Assembly: GCF_000195855.1 (NCBI RefSeq)
Contig: NC_002677.1
Coordinates: 1,680,001-1,712,000 of the forward strand
Source: Mycobacterium leprae TN
GTDB taxonomy: Bacteria; Actinomycetota; Actinomycetes; Mycobacteriales; Mycobacteriaceae
Reading direction: 5' to 3'
DNA: 32,000 nt
The translations under genes and the position numbers were made by a program. This document shows positions 17,965 through 26,199 of this stretch, piece by piece (the stretch's first letter is position 1; each line of letters opens with the position of its first letter). The notes below the pieces were generated by a model. It saw only the letters and a list, made by a program, of their open reading frames with translations, was not told the DNA's origin and made no database searches.

Positions 17965-19260
17965 ATGAACAGCACTCAAGAAGAGTTCGTAGAACCCCTC
18001 AGATCACTCAAGGAAAACGAGCTGCTCAAACGAGCGAAACCCTCGAGTATCTAGCTGCCCAGAACGCTGAGCCGGTGGCAATAGGAAGATGGGTTACGCC
18101 GGTATCCGGATGTGGTGGACTCACCCGACGGATTGTGGGAAGTAGTCGCTGCGAGTCGCGACGTCATGTCCGACTTCCCGGACGATCGCAGCTGGGCTTT
18201 TGGTGTAACTAATCGACGCAAATCCCGACGCTATAGGCAGTCATATACTCGCTGCGGCCAATTTTTGGCAAATGTTGCTGATTTCGACAACACGTTTTTC
18301 GGCATTGCGCCGAGCGAGACGCTGGATCTTCAGTAGTGTTTGATGCTGGAGGGATCGTGGGAAGCCGTTGAAGCACGGAAATTGACTTTACCGCCTTTCA
18401 GGGTTTAGCGGACGGGTGTGTTCACTGGTGTGTTTCCCTGGTTCCTACGGAGAGTAGGATTAAGGCGACCGGGGGATTTGGAGTGCTACCCCGACTGCAC
18501 AGTTCAAAGTTGAGTATGGCGTCCGGGGCGGGTGGCGTATGTGTTAGGTTTGGAGGGTCCGGCGGTGTCCGTGGATACGGCATATTCATCGTCGTTGGTG
18601 GGCTGTTACATTTGACGATTCAGTTGTTGCGGTCGGGGGAGTGTGATTCGGCACTAGCCGGTGAATGCCCCCGCGGCATTCATCATTGATCCATCGCGTC
18701 GCTGGCGTGACTGCACGGTTGGAAAGACACCGGGGTGGTGGAGCGGTTGGCTGATGCGCATCGATTGGGGTATCCGGTGGTGCGAGAGGCTCGGGGGTTA
18801 ATCAGATAATGGCACCTCCAACGGATTTGGTGTTACCGAATGTTTCGTCGCAGCAGCGAGTATTCGGGTGGCGTTGGCTAGTGCGGGGTTGAATGCGGTA
18901 GACGTGGATGTGGTGGAAGGGCATAGGAGATAGGCTACTACGTTGGAGTATCCACTTGAGGCGCAGGTTCTTTTAGCGCTTTCTGGGCAGGATCGGCCGT
19001 TGTGGTTTTGGGGTCGATCAAATCGAATATCGGTCACCCGTCGATGGCGGCAGCGGTGGCCGTGTTTATTAAGACGATGCAGGCGATACGGCATATGGAT
19101 ATGGTTACACAGCATGTGTGGTATCGACTGTTGAGGCCGGTGTCGGTGCTGACTGAATTTCGATCGTGGCCGGTTGAAGGTCGGCCGCGGTAGGCTGAGG
19201 TGTCGTCGTTTGGTACTAGCGGCACGAATACGCATGTGATTTTGGAACCGAACTTCCGTC
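17965..19260 (+). pseudogene. type I polyketide synthase (pks7-like) pseudogene, ketosynthase domain remnant
   Basis: The KS domain is collinear but shattered. Recognisable pieces are [134 protein letters not shown] and VSSFGTSGTNTHVILEP. The active-site Cys of DTACSSSL is replaced by Tyr (TAT 18583-18585). There are multiple stops and frameshifts. The AT, KR and ACP parts are not recognisable after about 19260. Confidence 0.75.
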
Positions 19261-19560
19261 ACATGCAACGCAGTGAGCAAGCGTTGACAACCGCCCGTTG
19301 CATGCGTGCTTTATGCGTGGTTGAGATGCCACACAGAACGGTGACATCTCAACACACGATGTACAGATGTACAGTGTCCCCAAGGATTAAGACGGCGACA
19401 TGGGGAATACGGCCCTTCTCTCGGTCCGCGAGCCACCCCACGTATTCATTCGGTGGTGTATAGGCGATGGGTAACGTCGCTCTACAAGATGACGAAGCTA
19501 AACTAGTAACTTTACCTAGGCGGCTTGGCCGCGTTACCTCGAACGGAGCGACACAACGTA

Positions 19561-20454
19561 ATGACACGAGCGACCCGCACTGCGTTCGGCGCCTGTTGGT
19601 CACCGATAAAAGCTGCCAGCACCAAGCTAGCGAGCAGCAGTTGGCTATTGCGTCGAAGTATCATCTTAGTGTCTGTGTCTGTGGCCATAGCGATGCTGAC
19701 CGGCGCGTCAATTGCTGAGGCCGAGCCGATGCCGCCGAATAACCCGTCTGCAGCCACTCGCGATGCACTGTGGAAAATTGTGCACGACCGTTGCGAACTC
19801 GGCTATCAACATACCGGTGCTTACGCTCCTTGCACACTGGTCGATGAACAGGCCGGAACGGCTTTGTTTAAAGCAAATTATGATCCGAACCAGTACCTCT
19901 TACTCCCGCTTGCTCGTGTCACGGGCATTGAGGATCCTGCCTTGCAGGAGCTCGCGAGCCCCAACTACCTTTACAACGCTTGGGCCGCTCGAGGCTTCGT
20001 CAGTTCGCGCCTAAATAACTCACTTCCAGAGCCTGACATCTTCCTTGCAATCAATCCGAAGAACGCACGTACACAGGATCAGCTGCATATCCACATATCA
20101 TGTGTGTCACCGACGACAGCGGAGATCCTTAAGCAGGTTAATTGGGCTGAATACGTTGGCTGGAAGCCACTCCCCGTCACTTTACAAGATCACACTTACC
20201 AAGCACTAGCGGTTAACAGAAGTACGTTCGAGTCCAAGAGTCTGTTCCGGGACATCCAGACGAAGGTAACTGCTGACGGCAATACAATGGATCACGCTTC
20301 GGTTGCGGTTGCAAACATTGCACCGGACCAGTTCTTGCTGCTCGTGGCCGAGGGAACTGAAGACCAGGCTATCGCAGCCGAAGAGCTCCAGGACCACAAC
20401 TGTTCCATCGCCAAGCGGCTAACAGGACAGTTAGACATGGAGACCCGGAGGTAG
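19561..20454 (+). CDS. cdh: CDP-diacylglycerol pyrophosphatase
   Basis: Cdh-family collinearity is clear: [25 protein letters not shown], the signature DQLHIHISC and EELQDHNC. A hydrophobic signal/anchor ([26 protein letters not shown]) is present. The start is uncertain among 19525, ATG 19561 (GGAG 12 nt upstream) and TTG 19648. Confidence 0.85.
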
Positions 20455-20695
20455 AGTACACGCAGTCCTCTTCACATAGCAAAAGACCATGACCTGGGGA
20501 AGAAAATCCTTCCCGCTGTTGATAAGCCAGGCCGCGAACACCACCAGAACACCACCACCTGAATCTGGTCGGCCGCGTAACATGTGCCGGGATCAGATAA
20601 GTCTTAGCCATTCGGCCGACCATGCCAAGGCATGAGGAGGTATACAGAGCGAGCGGAGCATATTGCCACACAAGCCTAATCGCGGCCAGCTTGGC

Positions 20696-21244
20696 TCAAC
20701 GCCACTTGATGCCACACCCGATCGACGGCCGCTGGTCGGAGTCTACTGGCCGTCTTGCGAGCACTGCGTCGACTGCCGCTCGGACGTCAGCCGCCGTCAC
20801 TGGGAGATTATTGTTGGGGCGGGAGTCGTCGAGCTGGCCCCGGTAGACAAGTCGACGCTCGCCATCGAAGACGAACGTATCGGGCGTACAGGACGCGGCG
20901 AAGGCGCGGGCCACAGCCTGGGTCTCGTCGTAGAGATACGGAAAGGTCCAGCCGTGGCGACGGGCCTCGGCGACCATCTGATCGGGTCCGTCCTGTGGGT
21001 AAGTGATCACGTCATTGCTGGAGATACCGACTATCGCGACGCCTTGATCGGCGAGGTCCCGCCCGAGGATGGCAAGCCCAGCAGCGACGTGCTGAACATA
21101 TGGACAGTGATTACAGATAAACGTAACGACAAGCGCCCGACCCGTGAGCTCGTCGAGGCTGATCATGGCGCCAGAGGCTGGCTCGAACAGCATGAACGAC
21201 GGAGCTGGAGTGCCGAGGGCAGGCATGGTGGACTCGATGGCCAT
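20696..21244 (-). CDS. thioredoxin-fold thiol-disulfide oxidoreductase (AhpC/TSA-redoxin-like, CxxC)
   Basis: The 182-aa ORF contains LGTPAPSFML..LVVTFICNHCPYV..GVAIVGISSND..YPQDGP..FPYLYDETQAVARAF.A.CTPD.FVFD....LVYRGQLDDSRP...PVT..D....GCGIKW. This is the conserved pattern of the thioredoxin-family protein group with a CNHC active site. It is convergent with cdh. Confidence 0.85.
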   Translation of the reverse strand: MAIESTMPALGTPAPSFMLFEPASGAMISLDELTGRALVVTFICNHCPYVQHVAAGLAILGRDLADQGVAIVGISSNDVITYPQDGPDQMVAEARRHGWTFPYLYDETQAVARAFAASCTPDTFVFDGERRLVYRGQLDDSRPNNNLPVTAADVRAAVDAVLARRPVDSDQRPSIGCGIKWR

Positions 21245-22179
21245 ACTTGGCAGGGTAGCCCCACAATCCAGGTTAGCTCCACAAGCTGGACTTCCTAGAT
21301 TCGTCGAGCGCGGCTATGAAATCCTAAACTGCGCACGCCGGAGTCCATGCTAACCAAATTGGTATCCAACTCTTCACAAATTTTTCCTAGCTCCATCTGT
21401 CATTGTCCTTTGTGTTTACGTGCTTTAAACACTTCATACCGACGACATCGTCACCGCAAAGAAAAAAAGGAAGTGCAAATGCCTTCACTTCGCTGGTTGT
21501 ACTGACTATCCTGGTTGTGGCCGGCGCTACCCTCGTGACGAGCTACTGCGATTGTGGTTGCTGACAGCACTGATGAACCCATTCGTCGGGCAGATGCACA
21601 ACCTCGACTTCTCTTGGCCTTCGGCCGACGACCCCACAAGCATCGTGATGGGGCACCAAAATCTGCGCCAATCGCATGGCTGACAAAATGTCAGACTCGA
21701 TTGCCTACGACGTACACAGTATCTTGGGCTTGAAGGCATCAAGTTCGCGGATGTGACACCCATGGTCGGTGCCGCATAATCAAACACTGCCTAGGTTGAG
21801 TTGATACTAGAACTGCCGGTCTCCAAGGCGACAGGCTTAAGCGGAACTCTACCAACGCTGATAAATTGTAGTGGCGAGTCCCCCCGGTACTAAGGAACGC
21901 GGTCTCAATCACCGGGAACACGCCACAGAATAAGTAAACCAGATTTTTACGCGTCCCACATACGACAAGGAAGTGTCATTGGGCATCACGGGTCCGTCGA
22001 AGTCTGACCTGGCTTGCAACCAGAACACCTTGTGACGTGACTCAAGCTGATAAAATCCGCCGTACGCAATGTAGAGATTAGCGAGGGGAGGAGGTGAGGT
22101 TCCGGCTTTGCTCGTCGGTTGGCCCTACTGGAAATTATCTCGTTGGTGTGCTAGATACCGCCTTGATCGGAGTGTTTTA

Positions 22180-23070
22180 GGTCGGTCTAGTCGTTGTCCA
22201 CAAAGGAAATGAAGTCACGACGGATCTGCAAGATTGTTGACTTGTACTTTGTGTGCATGTTCTGTTGTGGGGGTGGAGTAAAGGGTGGTGGGTCAGTGTA
22301 TTGGCGGGTCGGTGCGTCAGGTCGCAAAGGTCGGTATCGATGCCGTGGTGATGCGGGTATGAGAGTCGTTTCGAGGTCTTGGTCTCACGCTGGGGTTGTA
22401 CAGCGATTCTGTGGTAGGGCGTTGTCTTGTGGTTGATCATGGCCGCAGTGATCACATCAGTGCTGTGGTCCTTGGATAGGTGTAGCAGCTGCACGAATCC
22501 GCTACTTGTGTTCGGCCAGGGCGCCGATTTGGGGGTCTAATTTTTGCCGATGATTACATCATCCGCCCAATGCTATGAGGTTAGAGCACCACACGGTCGT
22601 GTAGTTTTCGCGGGACGTGCACTGGTGGTGGCCATACCTAGAGAATAATGGTGGTGCCCGGTTTTAGCGTGCTGTGCCCTCAGCGTGCGGAACATCCACC
22701 CAGTGCGCACATGTTGGTTGAGCTTGGACTCGATGTTGAAGTGTTTTATAGGACACCTGCATCTTTCGGGCCGGTCGGGATAGGTTTTGGGCCAACACCC
22801 CCACAATTTGTTCGGGACTGTACTTCTTGGCCAGCACACATGTCTATCTCCGTACGCAGCTGCCCACAACGCTCACCTTGCCGGCCTTTAAAGCCACTGG
22901 CCCACTGCTCACTGCATAGCTAAGCAATACAAGCTCAGTAACCCGATTGAGCGTCTTAGCCAGCATAGTTGGTGTCGAATCAGTGCAACCCCCAAAGCAA
23001 CCCGCAAACACGCGGGCCCCACCCTTGCTGGTGATCTCACGCACGATCCCCACCCCCACCCAACCCAAAC
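22180..23070 (-). mobile_element. IS3-family transposase remnant (OrfA C-terminus plus OrfB integrase core), decayed
   Basis: Several weak matches are collinear on the minus strand. GGARVFAGCFGG..TPTMLAKTLNRVTELVLL compares with YGxRRVxxxL....VxRxTVxRLMRELGL. TVPNKLWG..TYPDRPE compares with APNxLWVxDxTYxPTxEG. LHLSKDHSTDVIT compares with xHSDRGSQYTS. GIDTDLCDLTHRPANTLTHH compares with GIxxSxGxxGDxxDNAxAE. FPLWTTTRPT compares with WxxWYNxxRxH. The sequence is heavily frameshifted and the family assignment is tentative. Confidence 0.4.
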
Positions 23071-23414
23071 GAACGGTTAACGATCGATCACATCAACTCA
23101 CCCTACCCCTACCCGGTTTTGATCATGCTCTGTACACCCAGCGGCACGCCGTAGCTTGTCATGATCATCTAAACCTGGAACGGACAAGACAAAGGCTGAC
23201 CTGATTCACCTGATGAAAGCGAAGCCTTTACTTGACATAATGTTGCTTATCGGCAAACGGCCAATGTGGATGGCATTAGACAAAAGGGGTGGCACCCCCA
23301 GTGCCTATTGACCGATCTGAGGGTGTCACAAACCCCGATGCCGGCTACTCACTCCCGAACAGACTGCTCACATCAGTTTATGTATGCGGTAAGGCTGCCG
23401 TGCAGTTCAATCAC

Positions 23415-23440
23415 TTAATGAATTATTCGGGTGTTCGGTG
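23415..23440 (+). repeat. 26-nt direct repeat, copy 1 (TTAATGAATTATTCGGGTGTTCGGTG)
   Basis: It is identical to copy 2 at 24174-24199 in 23 of 26 positions. The flanks are unrelated. Confidence 0.85.
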
Positions 23441-23801
23441 CATCCTTGAGGATGTCGCTGTCGACAGGCCTTATAGCCGTTGACCGAACATTCCACCTTC
23501 CCCTAAAATTATATTTTTTGTGGTACTCTCAGAGTGGATAAGTCACTGTGACGAATCTGCTTGTAAGGCCGGGTCCAGGGAACTACTGATTCAACACGTC
23601 AAGTTGACAGTGGAACAGGCGGTTTCTGGCAAAAAACGAGTTGGGAACTAGCCGGCTGGATGTCCATACATTCGGCGCCACAATGACGTTTCGCTACTTT
23701 TGCACTGACGAGACCGTACTCAATGTGATGGTTTATGCTTCCAACGCGGGAAATTTCTCCAGTATTGGGTCCGCAGATGAATGATCGCCTGGGTGCGATC
23801 T

Positions 23802-24340
23802 ATGGCGAGGGTGGTCGTCTGCGGTGGTACTGGAGGGCGGCTTGGTGGCGGTTGTGACGTCGGCTCCTGCGGGCATGTATGAAGTCGACGATGGCTTCTG
23901 ATCGAGGCGCCGACACGTTGAAAGATTTGCTTGGGACCGCCGAGGAGTCGTTAACGGGGCGGCCTGTGGGAACGTTGGTGGCCACCAGGCGGTCTCCTCG
24001 CTCGAATCGTCGCTACCCAATACGGAGGAACTCGCACCTCTCAAGCACGCATCGCTACCGCTTACTCGTTACTCGGCCAAATTAAATTACACCAGCTGAG
24101 AATTCTCGCCCCCCTTGGCAAGGAAACCACTTCGGCAGCTACGCACGGGATCCGACGCCACACCTCCTTGCGTTTAATGAATAATTCGCGTGTTAGGTGA
24201 AAGCCCGTACCGTCCACCCTGGTGAGCTGCACGGACTACAGTCGACCGCCCTTCACTCCCCTCTTTCTGGCTGGCGAGGGCTGCGTATCGCCAATAGGTC
24301 ACGATGGCAAATTGTGCTATCAGGCGTTGTTAAATAATCT
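23802..24340 (+). pseudogene. NAD(P)-binding Rossmann-fold (NmrA/SDR/epimerase-like) pseudogene
   Basis: MARVVVCGGTGGRLGGG compares with MxxVLVTGGTGxLGxxV. A frameshift then leads to LVAVVTSAPAGMYEV (compare LGxxVVxxLLxxGHEV), followed by ADTLKDLLGTAEESLTGRPVGTLVAT (compare VxGDLxDxxSLxxALxGVDxVxxxA). Stops occur early. The 3' extent is a guess. Confidence 0.35.
24174..24199 (+). repeat. 26-nt direct repeat, copy 2 (TTAATGAATAATTCGCGTGTTAGGTG)
   Basis: See copy 1. Its first 12 nt, TAATGAATAATT, are identical to the reverse complement of the argC ARG-box half (7650-7661). Confidence 0.85.
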
Positions 24341-24353
24341 CTACCGACTTCGT

Positions 24354-26045
24354 TCAGCTAGGTTGTTGGTTGAACGTGTCAGTGTAGTAGCTGGTCCCTT
24401 CGCCGGAAAGTTTTGCCCGATACATTGCGGTGTCGGCGTCGCGCAGGATCTGACCTATGTTGCGGGGGTCGTCGCCTTTGATCGCAACGACACCGATACT
24501 CGCACGAAGGTGGAGTACAGCATCGGCGACGTAGGTCGGCTCAGATAGTGCCGCGTGCATCCTGTCTACGACTTTGCTCAATTCAGTATGGGTGATCTTT
24601 CCCAGGATCAGAGCGACGAACTCGTCACCTCCGAACCTACCCACCACATCGCGTGATCGCAATCCCGCCCGCAATCGTTGCGCTGCAGTCTGCAGCACTA
24701 CGTCGCCAACGTCGTGCCCCAGCGAATCGTTGATGCCCTTGAAATTGTCCAGGTCGATGAACAGCACCGCTGTCAGCAGCTGGTCGGGGGCGCCGCAGTA
24801 ACGTTGTTCATCGATACGGGCGAGGATGGACGTGCGGTTAGGCAAGCCGGTCAGCGTGTCGTGCGCCGCTTGATGGGCCAGGTATTGGCTAGCCTGGCGC
24901 TCGGCCGTGACGTCGGTGAAGGAAATCAGCAACGTCGCGTCTTCGGGATCGACGGGATTGAGCGATCGGCTGTTGACTGACAACCAAACCCGTGTCCCGT
25001 CGCTAGGACGATCGATACCGACGATGAAGCCAGTTTTTGGGGTACCGGTCCGCAAAAACTCGCGCACAGCCCCCCGACCGTGGTCAAGCAGCCGGCCTTG
25101 GGCATCGTACATCGGAAGCGTTGCTGCCCGCCGGACGGGGTCATCGAGGGCACTTCGGTCACTGACGCCAAGAATGCGCAGGGCGGCAGGGTTCACTGAT
25201 TCGACGTAGCCGTCGCCGTCCAGGACGATGACTCCTTCCTCCAATAATGCGACGACAGTTTGGAAGCGGCGCTCGACTCGGAGCAGCGCGGTGTAATCGC
25301 TGCACACCAGCACGAAACCGTTTTCCATCACGGCCGCAGACACCCGCACGGCCAGAGCCATGCCATCCGAGGCGTACTGGGTAGTACTTAGCACCCCACC
25401 CTCGGTGATTATGGCGCCCGGATCCAGCGGCGCGCCTACAGCTTCACCGATCGGCATGCCTAGGACGTCTGATGCGGAACGACGGTAGATGGCCTCCGCG
25501 GCCGGGTTCCAGCTGGTGACCATGCCGGTCGACGTGGTGGCGATGATGGCGTCACTGACGTGGTTGACCAAAGCCGCTTGGAAGCGCAGCGTTTCTTCCG
25601 CGGCTTTCTGAGTGGTCAGGTCGCGAAAGATGACCTGGTAAGCGGGTTTTCCTTCCCATACGGTGAGCACCGATACCGCTTCGACCTCAAGCGTAGTGCC
25701 GTCGAGGCGTAGCAGCACCGCCTCCGATGGCTGAGATGCGTCGCCAACCTCGCGCAGGGGCGCGATGCGGGACATCATTGCCGGCATAGAGTCGGGGTGG
25801 ACAAACTCGATCAGCGGGTGCCCGATGATCTGCTCGGGCGACTGTGCGGCCATCCACTTGACACCAACGGGATTGAGATAGGTCACTCGGCCGCTTTCAT
25901 GCACGCAGGTCATGTTGGGGCTGTGGTCGACAAGCCGTTGGTACCGTTGGGCGACAAGATCATGATGGCGGTGTTCTTTGTCGGCAGTCGACTCAGCTGA
26001 GCACTCGCCACTGTGGACCATGACGCTACGCACCGTCTCCAACAC
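24354..26045 (-). CDS. PAS-PAS-PAS-GGDEF diguanylate cyclase
   Basis: The 563-aa ORF has three PAS-like modules followed by a GGDEF domain (TGLPNR, LFIDLDNFKGINDSLGHDVGD, RFGGDEFV at 24618-24632). An RxxD inhibitory site (RSRD, 24648-24659) sits at the canonical 5-residue spacing. There is no EAL or HD-GYP domain. The start is GTG 26045 (alternative ATG 26021). It is probably the gene known in M. leprae as ML1419c; that locus tag is recalled from memory and not verified. Confidence 0.9.
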   Translation of the reverse strand: MLETVRSVMVHSGECSAESTADKEHRHHDLVAQRYQRLVDHSPNMTCVHESGRVTYLNPVGVKWMAAQSPEQIIGHPLIEFVHPDSMPAMMSRIAPLREVGDASQPSEAVLLRLDGTTLEVEAVSVLTVWEGKPAYQVIFRDLTTQKAAEETLRFQAALVNHVSDAIIATTSTGMVTSWNPAAEAIYRRSASDVLGMPIGEAVGAPLDPGAIITEGGVLSTTQYASDGMALAVRVSAAVMENGFVLVCSDYTALLRVERRFQTVVALLEEGVIVLDGDGYVESVNPAALRILGVSDRSALDDPVRRAATLPMYDAQGRLLDHGRGAVREFLRTGTPKTGFIVGIDRPSDGTRVWLSVNSRSLNPVDPEDATLLISFTDVTAERQASQYLAHQAAHDTLTGLPNRTSILARIDEQRYCGAPDQLLTAVLFIDLDNFKGINDSLGHDVGDVVLQTAAQRLRAGLRSRDVVGRFGGDEFVALILGKITHTELSKVVDRMHAALSEPTYVADAVLHLRASIGVVAIKGDDPRNIGQILRDADTAMYRAKLSGEGTSYYTDTFNQQPS

Positions 26046-26051
26046 TTGATT

Positions 26052-26057
26052 ACTCTA
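26052..26057 (-). promoter_or_regulatory. candidate -10 hexamer TAGAGT for a leaderless diguanylate cyclase mRNA
   Basis: The minus strand reads TAGAGT-AATCAA-GTG. This is a TANNNT hexamer 6 nt upstream of the GTG start codon. There is no Shine-Dalgarno sequence, and the upstream region is AT-rich. This geometry is typical of mycobacterial leaderless transcripts. Confidence 0.3.
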
Positions 26058-26199
26058 AAAATAATTTTAAGGTATTGTTTCCTTTGACTAAGCTAAGGTA
26101 GGGCATCACAGCAGAGCAATAACCAGCCCTTGTAGACAGTTTTGTATCAGACCTGACACTGGTGTTGCTGTTCTTCTCTTCCTTAGGTGTCCTTATTGC

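Noticed and set aside
20497-20622. A small hairpin GGGAAG-N6-CTTCCC (20497-20514) and a 10-bp inverted repeat TGGTCGGCCG / CGGCCGACCA (20566-20575 and 20613-20622) lie between the convergent cdh and thioredoxin-like genes.
   Set aside because: They are plausible bidirectional terminator elements. However, the stems are short or the loop is long (37 nt), and there are no U-tracts. The evidence is not strong enough to annotate a terminator.
21835-21880. A tRNA-like fragment on the minus strand (TATCAGCGTTGGTAGAGT resembles a D-arm, GGCAGTTCTAGTATC vaguely resembles a T-arm).
   Set aside because: I could not fold a cloverleaf. No acceptor stem or anticodon stem pairs properly. At best it is a badly eroded tRNA relic, so it is not reported as a feature.
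21300-22180. Medium-sized ORFs on both strands (for example 21527-21787 and 21739-21921 on the minus strand) upstream of the thioredoxin-like gene.
   Set aside because: They have no recognisable motifs, atypical composition and mutual overlap. They are most likely non-coding or unrecognisably decayed sequence.
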